Source: Nitrospirota bacterium | Lineage (GTDB): Bacteria; Nitrospirota; UBA9217 | Direction of reading: 5' to 3' | Assembly (NCBI GenBank): GCA_963737155.1 | Contig: CAVTRN010000001.1 | Location: forward strand, 1,568,001-1,632,000 | DNA: 64,000 bases | Made by a program: the position numbers and the translations under genes | The notes under the pieces: generated by a model | Databases searched by the model: none | What the model saw: the letters and a program-made list of their open reading frames with translations, nothing else | What the model was told of the DNA's origin: nothing | In this document: one piece after another, positions 17,122-27,884 of the stretch | Layout of the letters: every line of letters begins with the position of its first letter | How positions within the stretch are numbered: the first letter of the stretch is position 1

Positions 17122-18243
17122 CTACTTTCTCGGTTTTTCTCCAAAGACCTCTTTCACTTTATCGAAAAAACCTTTTGTGATCGGTGTTGCTCCATCCGTA
17201 TTTAAGCGGTCGAATTCCTGGAGCAACTCTTTTTGTCTTGCAGAAAGCTTGGTCGGGATTTCAACGATAATCCGGCAGAGCTGGTCTCCGGACCCCGAAC
17301 CGCGCAGATGGGGGAACCCCTTGCCTTTGAAGCGGAAAACATGTCCTGGCTGGGTGCCGGCAGGTATTTTTAATTTCGAGTTGCCTGTGAGAGTTGGCAC
17401 ATCTAGCTCGGTGCCCAAGGTGGCCTGGGTAAAGCTGATCGGAACTTCACAAACGACGTCCTGTCCTTCCCGTATGAACAGGGCATGGTCTTCCACCGTA
17501 ATAAACACGTAAAGATCTCCGGGAGGCCCCCCGTAGGAGCCTATTTCTCCCTCGCCGCTCAAACGGATCGTATTGCCGGTCTCGACACCGGGAGGAATCT
17601 TCACCGATAGGGTCCGTTCCCGTTCAATGCGCTTTTTCCCGTTACAGGCAGAGCAGGGGTCGGTGATTACCCTGCCTTCCCCTCCGCAGCGCGAGCAGGT
17701 ACGACTGATGCTGAAAAATCCCTGCTGTGTACGGATCTGTCCAGCTCCACGGCAGTTTGTGCAGACCTTGATATCGTCTTTTGATTTTGCGCCGGTGCCG
17801 TCACATTCAGGACAGCGTTCCCAGCGGGGAACCCGGATTTTTGTGGATGTCCCGAAGGCCGCTTCTTCAAACAAGATCTTGAGATTGTACCGTAGATCGT
17901 CACCGGCCGTTGCTCGCGCCCGACCACGTCCGCTGCCGAAGAAATCCTCGAAGATGTCACCGAAGATGTCGCCCATGCCCATCCCCGCGCCGAACCCACC
18001 AAAGCCCGGCCCAGTTCCCTGGGCACCCGGCGCAACGCCGTACTGGTCATAGTAAGCCCGCTTCTGCGGATCGGATAGGATTTCGTAAGCTTCGCTGATT
18101 TCTTTGAATTTTTCTTCAGCAGCCTTGTTGTCTGGATTCTTATCGGGATGAAATTCGAGTGCAAGTCTGCGGTATGCCCGCTTGAGCTCTGCGTCAGTGG
18201 CGTTTTTGTGAACACCGAGCAATGCGTAATAGTCCTTTGCCAT
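17122..18243 (-). CDS. dnaJ: Chaperone DnaJ
   Basis: J-domain HPD, G/F-rich region, four CxxCxG zinc-finger repeats; start at MAKDYY. Confidence 0.97.
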   Translation of the reverse strand: MAKDYYALLGVHKNATDAELKRAYRRLALEFHPDKNPDNKAAEEKFKEISEAYEILSDPQKRAYYDQYGVAPGAQGTGPGFGGFGAGMGMGDIFGDIFEDFFGSGRGRARATAGDDLRYNLKILFEEAAFGTSTKIRVPRWERCPECDGTGAKSKDDIKVCTNCRGAGQIRTQQGFFSISRTCSRCGGEGRVITDPCSACNGKKRIERERTLSVKIPPGVETGNTIRLSGEGEIGSYGGPPGDLYVFITVEDHALFIREGQDVVCEVPISFTQATLGTELDVPTLTGNSKLKIPAGTQPGHVFRFKGKGFPHLRGSGSGDQLCRIIVEIPTKLSARQKELLQEFDRLNTDGATPITKGFFDKVKEVFGEKPRK

Positions 18244-18382
18244 AAATCCTTTCAAATCGAAGCACATCATTTCGAGGAAGCAGCGACCCAAAAGGAAGCA
18301 ATACTGAAGAGGGCTGCTCCTCACGAGTGCAACCGAACTCTGTTTCGCGTCATCCTATGCGTTTCGATCCACTGCCGCGCTT

Positions 18383-18419
18383 AAAAAAAAGAGGATAACA
18401 GGCAATCCCCGTTATCCCC
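18383..18419 (-). terminator. Intrinsic terminator between dnaK and dnaJ
   Basis: GGATAAC..GTTATCC hairpin followed by a T-run on the minus strand. Confidence 0.6.
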
Positions 18420-18433
18420 GGAAAAAATCGCAG

Positions 18434-20359
18434 TTATTTCTTGTCCTTGTCCACTTCCTCAAACTCCGCATCCACGACTTTCTCACTGGATGCTTTCCCG
18501 TCGCCACCCGGTGCGGACGTGGAGGCGCCTGCGCCGGACTGGTCCTGCTCCCTGTTCATTTTGGAGTAGACTTCCTCCGCAAGCTTATGTGACGCTCGGG
18601 AGAGCTCCGCCACCGCCCGTTTGATGGCATCGATATCGCTTCCGTCCTTCACTTTCCGTGCTTCTTCGAGGGCCTTCTGAATGTCGGCCTGTTCGGCATC
18701 CGTCAGTTTGGAGCCGTACTCTGCAACGGACTTCCCCACAGAATACACAAGCGTATCCACTTCATTCCGAGCTTCGGCGAGCTCTTTCTTTTTCTTGTCA
18801 TCGGCGGCGTGAGCATCCGCTTCCTTGATCGCTTTATCAATCTCATCCTTGCTCATGCCCGATGACGCCGTAATTTTGATGGACTGTTCTCTTCCCGTGC
18901 CAAGGTCCTTTGCCAGCACGTGGACAATGCCATTCGCGTCGATGTCGAATGTGACTTCGACTTGGGGGATTCCGCGAGGTGCTGGCGGAATGCCCACGAG
19001 TTCGAATCGGCCAAGCGTCTTGTTGTCCGCTCCCATTTCGCGTTCACCCTGAAGCACGTGGATGGAGACCGCAGTCTGATTGTCCGAGGCGGTGGAGAAA
19101 ACCTGGCTCTTCTTCGTCGGAATCGTCGTGTTCCGCTCGATGAGGCGCGTGGTTACGCCTCCCAGGGTTTCAATGCCGAGGGAAAGAGGCGTAACATCGA
19201 GAAGCAAAACGTCCTTGACCTGGCCCGTAAGCACAGCACCCTGGATGGCAGCGCCGATCGCCACGACTTCATCGGGATTAACACCGCGGTGTGGTTCTTT
19301 CTTGAAAAATTCCTTCACCGTGGAAATGACCTTGGGCATGCGTGTCATGCCGCCCACGAGCACCGCTTCATTTATCTGGCCGATATTCTTTCCAGCATCG
19401 TTGAGCGCTTTCTTCACCGGTTCTATGCTCTTGCTGACGAGGTCATCAACGAGCTGTTCGTACCGAGACCGTGAGAGCTTGTACAGAAGGTGCTTCGGGC
19501 CTGTGGCATCGGCGGTAATAAAGGGGAGATTTATCTCAGTCTCCATGACTGTTGAGAGCTCTATCTTGGCTTTTTCAGCTGCTTCCTTGAGCCGTTGGAG
19601 CGCCATCTTGTCTTTCTTGAGGTCGATGCCCTGGTCCTTGAGGAATGAGTCGGCGAGCCACTTGATGACGCGGTCATCAAAATCATCGCCGCCTAGGAAC
19701 GTGTCTCCGTTAGTTGATTTCACTTCGAATACGCCTTCGCCCAGCTCTAGGATGGAGATGTCGAAGGTGCCGCCGCCAAGGTCATAAACTGCGATCGTCT
19801 CGTCCTTCTTTTTATCGAGACCGTAGGCTAGCGACGCCGCCGTTGGCTCGTTGATGATGCGCAGAACGTTCAGGCCCGCGATTTTCCCAGCATCCTTGGT
19901 GGCTTGACGCTGGCTGTCATTGAAGTAAGCCGGCACAGTCACTACCGCATCGATCACCTTTTCTCCCAAGTAATCCTCGGCGGTCTGCTTCATTTTTTGG
20001 AGAATCATCGCCGAGATTTCGGCAGGACTGAAAACTTTGCCCCGAACCTCTACATGGGCATCGCCGTTGGCTGCCTTCACAATCTTGTATGGAAGGTGTT
20101 TCATCGCGACCTGCACCTCGGCAGAATCGTATTTCCGGCCGATCAGCCGTTTGATCGAAAAAATCGTGTTATCAGGGTTCGTGATGGACTGCCGCTTGGC
20201 GATCTGGCCGACGAGCCGCTCGCCGCCTTCGGTAATGGCAACGACCGATGGCGTGGTCCTACTCCCCTCCGAGTTCGCGATTACGACCGGCTCCCCGCCT
20301 TCCATAACGGCGACGCAGGAGTTCGTAGTACCCAAATCAATGCCGATAACTTTTGCCAT
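18434..20359 (-). CDS. dnaK: Chaperone DnaK
   Basis: [17 protein letters not shown] and VNPDEVVA motifs. Confidence 0.99.
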   Translation of the reverse strand: MAKVIGIDLGTTNSCVAVMEGGEPVVIANSEGSRTTPSVVAITEGGERLVGQIAKRQSITNPDNTIFSIKRLIGRKYDSAEVQVAMKHLPYKIVKAANGDAHVEVRGKVFSPAEISAMILQKMKQTAEDYLGEKVIDAVVTVPAYFNDSQRQATKDAGKIAGLNVLRIINEPTAASLAYGLDKKKDETIAVYDLGGGTFDISILELGEGVFEVKSTNGDTFLGGDDFDDRVIKWLADSFLKDQGIDLKKDKMALQRLKEAAEKAKIELSTVMETEINLPFITADATGPKHLLYKLSRSRYEQLVDDLVSKSIEPVKKALNDAGKNIGQINEAVLVGGMTRMPKVISTVKEFFKKEPHRGVNPDEVVAIGAAIQGAVLTGQVKDVLLLDVTPLSLGIETLGGVTTRLIERNTTIPTKKSQVFSTASDNQTAVSIHVLQGEREMGADNKTLGRFELVGIPPAPRGIPQVEVTFDIDANGIVHVLAKDLGTGREQSIKITASSGMSKDEIDKAIKEADAHAADDKKKKELAEARNEVDTLVYSVGKSVAEYGSKLTDAEQADIQKALEEARKVKDGSDIDAIKRAVAELSRASHKLAEEVYSKMNREQDQSGAGASTSAPGGDGKASSEKVVDAEFEEVDKDKK

Positions 20360-20479
20360 GATATCCTCCTTGATTATCTCTGAATCAGAAAACGTGAATA
20401 CTCAGTTATCAGAATTCAGTTTATGAACTTCTCTCGACACGCCTCACATTCTAATCTTCGATGCCGGAGTTTTACTCAC

Positions 20480-21088
20480 TCAATCACAAATCGGCCCCGT
20501 CTCTTTCGGTGGGGGGTTTTTCGCGACGCCGACCTTCGCGTGGCGTATTATTTTGTCAAAATATAGATAGCCTTCCTGGAACACCTGCACGACCGTGTTT
20601 TCGGGCGCGTCCGAGGTTGGCACCTGCGTCACGGCGTCATGCTTTGCGGGGTCAAAGAGTTCCCCTGCAGCATTGAAGGATTTGATTCCGAATTTTTCAA
20701 GAATGTCTCGGAACTGTTTGTATACTAGCTCGACGCCCTGCCGCAGTCCTTCGTTCACTTCTCCTGTCTCTGATGACTCTGAAGCATGTTTCAACGCCAA
20801 ACCCAAGTGGTCCACTACAGATAGAAGTTCCAGCGCCAGCTGTTCGTTAGCATACTTACGGAAGTCGGCGAGGTCCCGTTGCATCCTTTTCCGATAATTC
20901 TCAAAATCAGCATAGGTCCGCAGGTATTTGCCGTTCGCTTCCGCCGCTTCCCTGGTTTTTTGTTCCAATGCCTGCGTCAATTTTTCGATGACTGTAGAGG
21001 ATTCCTCCTCCTGTGCCTTCGTCTCGTCATCCTCAGGAGGAACAACCTCGATGTCTTTATTTGATATATCGTCATATTTATTGCTCAT
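20480..21088 (-). CDS. grpE: Nucleotide exchange factor GrpE
   Basis: ADFENYRKR, FDPAKHDA and GY..RHAKVGV motifs; position in the operon. Confidence 0.96.
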   Translation of the reverse strand: MSNKYDDISNKDIEVVPPEDDETKAQEEESSTVIEKLTQALEQKTREAAEANGKYLRTYADFENYRKRMQRDLADFRKYANEQLALELLSVVDHLGLALKHASESSETGEVNEGLRQGVELVYKQFRDILEKFGIKSFNAAGELFDPAKHDAVTQVPTSDAPENTVVQVFQEGYLYFDKIIRHAKVGVAKNPPPKETGPICD

Positions 21089-22131
21089 CGGTCTATGCCC
21101 CTCTGAAATCGCTCATCCAGGAGTTTCGAAAGTAGCTTTGCTGTATAGTCGACGACCTGGATGACCTGTTTATAGTGCATTCTCGTAGGTCCAATCACGC
21201 CGAGGGTTCCTAGGACGTTTGCGCCTGTTTTGTAACTGCTTACGACCATGCTGCACCCCTGCATCTCGAAATAAGGGTTCTCGGACCCGATAAAGACTTT
21301 AATGCCCTTAGCTGCGACGCTCCATTCCAGGAGCTTGAGCAGTTTGTACTTGTCTTCAAAGGCTTTAAACAGCGCCCGCATTCTCTCGACGTTTGCGAAT
21401 TCCGGCGTCTCGAGAATCTGAGATGCTCCACCGATATAGATTTTTTCGCTGTCTCGCTCCTGTACCTCCCGGCTGGCGCGATACGTTTCGTCCATCAACT
21501 GCGCGAAAAGGAGTCTCTCTTCGCGTATTTTCTCGATCAGACTCTCCTTGATTTCGTTTAAAGTCCAGCGCTCTAGTTCCTCGTCGAGGTAGACGCTAAA
21601 CCTGTTTAGATCGTGCTGCCGGATGCTTTCGTCAAGTTCGATGAGCTTGTTCTGAACAATACCACTAGCGGTTACGAAAATGATCAGAACTTGTTTACCC
21701 CGCAGCCTCATGAACTCGATGTGCCGATATGTCGCTTCAGGCTCACTTGGAGCGACTACGACCCCCGCGCACCGCGAAAGAACGGCAAGAAAGCGGCTCG
21801 CTTCCTCCATCAGTTCATTCAGGTTTTCCCCACGCAGGCCAGGCGTCTGACGCAACTGATCATCAAGCTCCTCGGCCTCTTTCTCAATACTGATCAGACT
21901 GTCAATATAGTAACGATAGCCCTGATCTGTGGGTATCCTGCCTGCTGATGTGTGAGGGTGGGTCAGGAATCCGAACTCCTCGAGTTCTGCCATGATATTG
22001 CGAAGCGTAGCGGAACTGACACCGAAATCATACTGCTTAACCAGCACATTGGATCCAATAGGCAAACCGCTGGCAATGTAGCTATCTATAACAGCCTGGA
22101 GCACCTTTCTATTTCGTTCATCGAGATCCAT
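21085..22131 (-). CDS. hrcA: Heat-inducible repressor HrcA
   Basis: SSATLRNIMA, PHTSAGRIPT and VIGPTRMHY motifs. Confidence 0.97.
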   Translation of the reverse strand: MDLDERNRKVLQAVIDSYIASGLPIGSNVLVKQYDFGVSSATLRNIMAELEEFGFLTHPHTSAGRIPTDQGYRYYIDSLISIEKEAEELDDQLRQTPGLRGENLNELMEEASRFLAVLSRCAGVVVAPSEPEATYRHIEFMRLRGKQVLIIFVTASGIVQNKLIELDESIRQHDLNRFSVYLDEELERWTLNEIKESLIEKIREERLLFAQLMDETYRASREVQERDSEKIYIGGASQILETPEFANVERMRALFKAFEDKYKLLKLLEWSVAAKGIKVFIGSENPYFEMQGCSMVVSSYKTGANVLGTLGVIGPTRMHYKQVIQVVDYTAKLLSKLLDERFQRGIDR

Positions 22132-22193
22132 AAGCAATGCTTATTTATGCTAAAACAAGAAATCGTATCCTGATCATCTGTTAATTTTCTTAA

Positions 22194-22220
22194 TTAGCAC
22201 TCATCATAATAGAGTGCTAA
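22194..22220. promoter_or_regulatory. CIRCE operator
   Basis: Perfect TTAGCACTC-N9-GAGTGCTAA upstream of hrcA. Confidence 0.97.
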
Positions 22221-22221
22221 T

Positions 22222-22250
22222 AATTTATCATAGAGACAGTTTTGTGTCAA
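22222..22250 (-). promoter_or_regulatory. Sigma70 promoter of the hrcA operon
   Basis: TTGACA-17nt-TAAATT with TG extension, immediately upstream of CIRCE. Confidence 0.75.
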
Positions 22251-22794
22251 GCACTTATTTTATTATTGGATTTCATATAGATATAATTTAAAACGAGCTT
22301 GATTCAGAACGCTTATAAGAGGACCCTCAACCTTATACCATGGCAGAAAAACCATCCAGAAGTACATTATTCCTAATAACGCGTTAAAACGCGATAGTAT
22401 AAAATTCAGCCGAAATGCATTTAGAACGCTATAATCCGTCCGAAATGGACGGTTTCTGGAAGAAGCCATTTGCTCATCCTTTTTTACGTATAAACTATGT
22501 TAAATGACATGCAAACAATGCTTTTTTCAAAGATACTCGCCTAATGCTATCCACGGCATGATGCTTCTTCAACGGTTTTGCAACAAACTCAGACGTCCTT
22601 ATTTTATTCGTCGAGGCAGGTCATTTACGACAGCTTGGATTCGTGCTGAATAGAACACGGTTCATCAAACGGTTCCAGACGTATCATCATCCTGAATGCT
22701 TCTCATCGAGCCGGTTTTTCTCTAATATTAGTGCATTAGCACCTTAACAACGAGAGCGATAATTAGTTAACATATTGATTTACCGTTGTTTTAT

Positions 22795-22932
22795 AAAGCT
22801 GTCCTGAAACACCCTGCAGCTCTACTGCTGGGACGCAAAGGAAATCCTGACGAAGCCAAGATAAGTCTTCAGCCTCTTTGCTCCTTTTTTTAATGTTCCG
22901 AAGTCCCGCAGCTCTGCTGCGGGGTAAACCAC
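22795..22932 (+). mobile_element. Palindromic mini-element family A (IS200/IS605-type non-autonomous), diverged copy
   Basis: Aligns end to end with 62856-62999; preceded by TTAT; terminal hairpin CCCGCAGC..GCTGCGGG. Confidence 0.75.
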
Positions 22933-23094
22933 TTAGTAAAGGGTGTTCAGGGAATTTAATGAGGAGCGATACATTCTCGCTCGTTCAGGCAATCCCCTCG
23001 GAGGAGTTTATATTCTCACTCAATGGATCAATGAAAAATTGAAGCAACTTATTGACTTTGCGTGAAACTATAGTGTCAACTACTGTTTTCATAG

Positions 23095-23862
23095 CTATTC
23101 TTTCTTGTTGAATGATAGTGCCGCGAGAGCCATCATTATAACGGATAAAGAGCTGACGACGAAAATGTCCAGAGAGAGCGGGAATTCTTGGCCGAGGGGA
23201 GGGGCGCTATCCCGGAGAAGGGCATGCTTCAATGCATCAATGCCGTAAGTAAGGGGGTTGATGAGTGTAAGATGGCGGAGGGTGCTTGGCAATGAGGTGA
23301 CTGGATACATGGCGCCGGAAAGGAAAAGCATGGGCATCACGAGGAAGTTCATGATGATATTGAACCCGTCAAATGACGTTAGCCTTGTGGCAATCAAGAT
23401 GCCCAGCGAGGTTATGCAGAATGAAACAAGGGTGGATATAGCTACTACCTCAAGAAGTTGCGTAATAGTCAAATGAATCCCGAGAAATGGAGTCAGCAGC
23501 AGGATGATAATAGCCTGGGCCACGGAAATCAAAGTTCCGGAAATCGCTTTCCCCACGACTATAGAGATCCGAGAAATCGGCGCTACAAGCATTTCTTTCA
23601 TGAATCCGAATTCCCTGTCCCAGACGATCGAAATGGACGAGAAAATGGACGAAAAGAGGATGGTCATGCCTATCATGCCGGGAAAGATGAACTGCAGATA
23701 AGAGAATCCCACATGAGGCCTGATGAGCGAACCCATGCCGTTTCCAACAACGAAGAGCCATAGGATGGGTCGAGCCAGCGTGCCGAGAAGCCGGCTTTTC
23801 TCCCGGAAGAACTTTTTGAATTCCCGCAAACAGATTACGTAAATCGGCCGCACCTGGATCAT
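23095..23862 (-). CDS. ABC-2 type transporter permease (DrrB/NodJ-like)
   Basis: WDREFGFMKEMLVAPISR, FLSGAMYP and NPLTY motifs; 6 TM segments. Confidence 0.9.
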   Translation of the reverse strand: MIQVRPIYVICLREFKKFFREKSRLLGTLARPILWLFVVGNGMGSLIRPHVGFSYLQFIFPGMIGMTILFSSIFSSISIVWDREFGFMKEMLVAPISRISIVVGKAISGTLISVAQAIIILLLTPFLGIHLTITQLLEVVAISTLVSFCITSLGILIATRLTSFDGFNIIMNFLVMPMLFLSGAMYPVTSLPSTLRHLTLINPLTYGIDALKHALLRDSAPPLGQEFPLSLDIFVVSSLSVIMMALAALSFNKKE

Positions 23863-24842
23863 CGCTGGGCTCTCCGGTGGCTGCGCACGAATTCTCGGGT
23901 CGTTTCCTTATTATCATTGAGGACGTCATCCCTGATAGTTCTGCCGGTCAGTTTAAGAAATACATCATTCAAGGTCGGTTTCTTGAGACTTACGGACAGG
24001 GTCTGCATCGGCAGCGTGCGAATCAGCTTAGGGATGAGCTCCTCGCTTTTTTCCGCATCGAGCGACAGCCCTCCGTTCTCCTCGCGAGCAGTTATATGAA
24101 ATAACTTCTCAATCTCCTGGATTGCGCGACTGTTGTCCGATGTCACAAGATGGATTATTTCACCATGCACCATCTGTTTGAGTCTGGTCGGTGTGTCGAG
24201 CGCGATGATTTTGCCATGGTCGATGATGGCGATGCGGCCGCAATTTTCCGCCTCCTCCATGTAATGTGTGGTCATGAAGATGGTTATTTTTTCCTGTTTT
24301 CGGAGTGTGCTGATGAAGTCCCAAATGGTGTTTCGCGTCTGGGGGTCGAGTCCGATGGTCGGCTCATCGAGAAACAGCACTCGGGGATAGTGAAGGAGTC
24401 CGCGGGCTATTTCAAGCCTGCGCTTCATACCACCGGAGAAGTATTTGACCAGATCGTGTTTTCTGCCTTGGAGTTCGACGACGGAGAGCATCTCGTCAAT
24501 TCGCTTCTCGGCTAGCTTGCTGTCAAGGTTGTAAAGGTAAGCGTGAAATTTGAGATTTTCATACGCGGTCAGCCCTGCGTCCAGCGTCGTGTCCTGAAAA
24601 ATGAGGCCGATAGAGGAGCGCACCTTGTCAGGACTTCTGACGCAGTCGAAACCGGCGATCTCGGCTTTTCCTAGGGTTGGTGAGAGGAGGGTGCATAGGA
24701 TGTTGATGGTCGTTGTTTTCCCCGCGCCGTTGGGGCCGAGAAAGCCGAAAACCTCTCCCTCGTCCACGGAAAACGAGATGCCATCGACGGCATTAAGGAT
24801 TTTGAACTGTTTGACAAGATTTTGAACACTGATAATGACCAT
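23859..24842 (-). CDS. ABC transporter ATP-binding protein (DrrA/NodI-like)
   Basis: GPNGAGKT, FSGGMKRR and LDEPT motifs. Confidence 0.93.
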   Translation of the reverse strand: MVIISVQNLVKQFKILNAVDGISFSVDEGEVFGFLGPNGAGKTTTINILCTLLSPTLGKAEIAGFDCVRSPDKVRSSIGLIFQDTTLDAGLTAYENLKFHAYLYNLDSKLAEKRIDEMLSVVELQGRKHDLVKYFSGGMKRRLEIARGLLHYPRVLFLDEPTIGLDPQTRNTIWDFISTLRKQEKITIFMTTHYMEEAENCGRIAIIDHGKIIALDTPTRLKQMVHGEIIHLVTSDNSRAIQEIEKLFHITAREENGGLSLDAEKSEELIPKLIRTLPMQTLSVSLKKPTLNDVFLKLTGRTIRDDVLNDNKETTREFVRSHRRAQR

Positions 24843-24883
24843 GTCTTATGAACGTTGAACTCCATTTTCCATACTGTTTTTTA

Positions 24884-26506
24884 TTACCACTCCGCCTTGT
24901 TTTGCGGCACGTACCAGTGGATAAAATTATACATGATGCCGAGGGGCTCGACCTTGACGCCCTTGAACCGCTTGTGCACAATCGGCGTCGCATCGGGAAC
25001 ATATAGAAAAGCATAGGGTTGTTCTTCTGCCAGGATTGCGTGGATTCGGTAGTAGATTTTTTTTCGTTTTTCAATGTCGAACGTCTGGCGACCTTCGACA
25101 AGCAAGCGGTCGACTTCGGAATTCTTGTAACCGATAAAATTGTATTCACCTTTTTTAGTTTTACTTGAATGCCAGATATCATAGATATCCGGGTCACGCC
25201 CCATGCTCCAGCCCAGGATGATGGCGTCAAAAGAGCGCTTATCGATCTGCTCCAGGAACGCCTGCCACTCCATAACCCGGATTTTCACATCAATGCCAAG
25301 AGCCTTCATGTTCTGCTGAATCATTTCGGCCGTACGAATACGTTCGTTGTTCCCCTGGTTGGTCATAATGGTAAATCGGAATGGTTTGCCATGCTTCTCC
25401 AAAATGCCATCGCTGTTCAGGTCTTTCCAACCGACATCCGCGAGCATGCGCCGCGCTTGTGCCGGATCGTAGTCGTAGCTTTTTGCGTTGGGGTTATATG
25501 CCCAGGACACATAGGAGAAAGGGCCGGTGCAGGGCCTACCCAGCCCGAGCAGAATCCCGTCAATGATACCCTGACGGTTTATGGCATAAGAAAGCGCCTG
25601 TCTAACTTTGATTTCGCTGAACAGGGGATTCCGCAGATTGTAACCCAAATATGTGAATGCATTTGCGGGATAGCGGAACTTAACGTAGTTTTCCTTAATT
25701 CGGCGTGTCTCACTATCGCGCAGATACTGAAGCGGGTTCAAGCCCATCATATCCACCCCGCCGGAGAGCAACTCCTCGAACATGGTAGTGCTGTCGGGGA
25801 TGATGCGGTAGATATACTGGTCGATATTCGGCATACCTTCGAAATAATCCTTGTTTGCATCGAGAACGATTTTCTGGCCTGAAATCCATTCCCTGAATTT
25901 ATACGGACCGGTACCGACGGGGTGACGGTTGAACGGGTCTGTATTGATGTCCTTTCCGTCCAGCAGATGCTTTGGGATCATGCCCACGGCCCAGCTTTCC
26001 AGAGCGGGAGAAAAGGGCTCCTTATACGTCACCCGGAAAACATATTTATTGACGACCTCTGCTTTGGAAACCGCTGTGTACGAACTGCTGTAGGGGGTGA
26101 CCACTTTGGGATCGATGAATTTCTGATAGGTAAAGAGGCAATCCTCGGCGGAGAATTCCACGCCATCGTGCCATTTGACGCCCTCGCGGAGATAAAAGGT
26201 TATAGTCTTGCCGCCGTTTGATATCTCCCATCGCTTGGCAAGGTCACCTATCAGCTTGATGTCCTTATCGTACTTGACCAGACCGTTGAATATTTGGTCG
26301 TTAATTGTACCAGATGCATTGTCATTGGCAATGACCGGATTTAGCCGGCGCGCATCGCCGATGGAAGCCTCAACGAAGGTATTCTGGTTGCGTTCAACTT
26401 TCTCGCCGCAGGAGGCGAATAAAAAGCCGAGAGTGAATACGATGATCCATAAAGTACCCAGAGCAAAAGTGAGCGATATGCGCGTATGGAAATGATTATT
26501 TTTCAT
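24884..26506 (-). CDS. Peptide ABC transporter substrate-binding lipoprotein (AppA/OppA-like)
   Basis: Lipobox FASC; LREGVKWHDG, GTGPY and VRQALSYAINR motifs. Confidence 0.9.
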   Translation of the reverse strand: MKNNHFHTRISLTFALGTLWIIVFTLGFLFASCGEKVERNQNTFVEASIGDARRLNPVIANDNASGTINDQIFNGLVKYDKDIKLIGDLAKRWEISNGGKTITFYLREGVKWHDGVEFSAEDCLFTYQKFIDPKVVTPYSSSYTAVSKAEVVNKYVFRVTYKEPFSPALESWAVGMIPKHLLDGKDINTDPFNRHPVGTGPYKFREWISGQKIVLDANKDYFEGMPNIDQYIYRIIPDSTTMFEELLSGGVDMMGLNPLQYLRDSETRRIKENYVKFRYPANAFTYLGYNLRNPLFSEIKVRQALSYAINRQGIIDGILLGLGRPCTGPFSYVSWAYNPNAKSYDYDPAQARRMLADVGWKDLNSDGILEKHGKPFRFTIMTNQGNNERIRTAEMIQQNMKALGIDVKIRVMEWQAFLEQIDKRSFDAIILGWSMGRDPDIYDIWHSSKTKKGEYNFIGYKNSEVDRLLVEGRQTFDIEKRKKIYYRIHAILAEEQPYAFLYVPDATPIVHKRFKGVKVEPLGIMYNFIHWYVPQNKAEW

Positions 26507-26569
26507 TCTTAAAAATTTATGCGGTAGCAGGTCTTATCGTGCCGCATGAATAGTCTTCATGGAAAAAAC

Positions 26570-26596
26570 AAAAGGGTAGGCAAGGGGCCTACCCCG
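26570..26596 (-). terminator. Terminator after secG
   Basis: GGGTAGGC..GCCTACCC hairpin followed by TTTT on the minus strand. Confidence 0.55.
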
Positions 26597-26629
26597 TGAG
26601 CTTATCGGAGATTGTCATTTCATGTGCAA

Positions 26630-26962
26630 CTATTTTGCCGGTGAGGGAGTCGGCACCTGCTGCGTGTGTGGGACAAGAGGCAGCGAAGGTGCAGTCTGCG
26701 TCTGTGCCGGCGAAACGTTTTCCATGACCGAGCTCTTTTTTGTCGTCGTCAAAGCGAGACCCAGCGATGTGAACATGAACACGATCGCTGCTCCCGTGGT
26801 CAGCTTTGCCATAAAACTCTGGGCGCCCCGAGGACCGAAAACCGTCTGCGATGCGCCGCCGAATGAAGCACCAATGTCTGCTCCCTTGCCCTTCTGTAAG
26901 AGAACCATCCCGATTAGGATGGCGGAAACGATGACGTGAAGTGATACAAGAAAAATGCGCAT
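26630..26962 (-). CDS. secG: Preprotein translocase subunit SecG
   Basis: VLLQKGKGADIGASFGG motif; follows tpiA. Confidence 0.95.
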   Translation of the reverse strand: MRIFLVSLHVIVSAILIGMVLLQKGKGADIGASFGGASQTVFGPRGAQSFMAKLTTGAAIVFMFTSLGLALTTTKKSSVMENVSPAQTQTAPSLPLVPHTQQVPTPSPAK

Positions 26963-27012
26963 TGCTTAACTACCTCCCTTTGTATAACTGCTTAAACCGT
27001 TTTTAGCATGCA

Positions 27013-27774
27013 TTACTTGAAATTCACAAGTGCTGCGAAGGACTCAGGCTTGAGACTCGCTCCGCCTACAAGAGCGCCGTCAATGTCTGGTTTGGCCATT
27101 AGCGCAGACACGTTCTCCGGTGTTACACTGCCGCCGTATTGAATGCGAATACCTTCGGCTACATGGGTATCGTATAGGGATTTTACCTTCTGCCGGATAA
27201 AAGCATGTATCTCGTTTGCCTGGTCCGGGGTCGCGGTTTTTCCCGTGCCGATCGCCCAGACGGGTTCATAGGCGACAATGACCTTCGTCATTTCAGCAGT
27301 GGTCACGCCCTTGAGTGCTCCGGTGACCTGGCGGTCGATCACGTCATGCGCCCTGCCGGCTTCCCGTTCACTTAGGAGCTCGCCCACGCAGACGATAGGG
27401 AGAAGTCCTTTATTCAAGGCCTGCCGGATCTTCTTGTTTGCCGTTTCGTCGGTTTCTCCAAAAAATTGCCGACGTTCACTATGGCCTATAATAACATACT
27501 TGCAGCCCAAATCCAACAGCATTTCAGCGGATATCTCACCGGTAAACGCTCCTTTGTCCTCCCAGAACAGGTTCTGAGCCGATAGCGACATGTTCGTCCC
27601 CTTGATGGTATCGCTTACGGCATGAAGAGCCGTAAAGGCCGGGGCAAGCACGATTTCTCGGTCCGTTACGCCGACAACGAGCGGAATGAGCTTGGCGGCC
27701 AGGCTTTGTGCCTCGACCACGGTCTTATTCATCTTCCAGTTGCCTGCAATGATCAGTTTGCGTTTTGGATTCAT
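27013..27774 (-). CDS. tpiA: Triosephosphate isomerase
   Basis: AGNWKMN, GHSERR and AYEPVWAIGTG motifs. Confidence 0.99.
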   Translation of the reverse strand: MNPKRKLIIAGNWKMNKTVVEAQSLAAKLIPLVVGVTDREIVLAPAFTALHAVSDTIKGTNMSLSAQNLFWEDKGAFTGEISAEMLLDLGCKYVIIGHSERRQFFGETDETANKKIRQALNKGLLPIVCVGELLSEREAGRAHDVIDRQVTGALKGVTTAEMTKVIVAYEPVWAIGTGKTATPDQANEIHAFIRQKVKSLYDTHVAEGIRIQYGGSVTPENVSALMAKPDIDGALVGGASLKPESFAALVNFK

Positions 27775-27884
27775 GGGGCTCCTTTTATTGAAAAAAGGTT
27801 TACCGCGGAGAACGCTCAGGACGCGAGATGACCCTGATTCCGGAATCCGGGAGTTGACTCCGGTGTCTCGGCGGCGAAACGTTT

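Noticed and set aside
18825-20426. Long antisense ORFs over dnaK (and similar ones over kdpB, glnA and pgk)
   Set aside because: Shadow frames of conserved genes arising from codon bias
22263-22790. Short ORF and AT-rich spacer upstream of hrcA
   Set aside because: No recognisable motif; cannot support a gene call
22828-22860. GGGACGCAAAG resembling a c-di-GMP-I riboswitch
   Set aside because: It is the diverged counterpart of GGGATGAAAAG in the family A element at 62856, and the rest of the aptamer is absent
23095-26506. ABC-2 exporter as the transporter for the Cys-rich peptide
   Set aside because: It is 7 kb away, separated by the chaperone operon and co-oriented with secG and the glycolytic genes; no evidence of linkage
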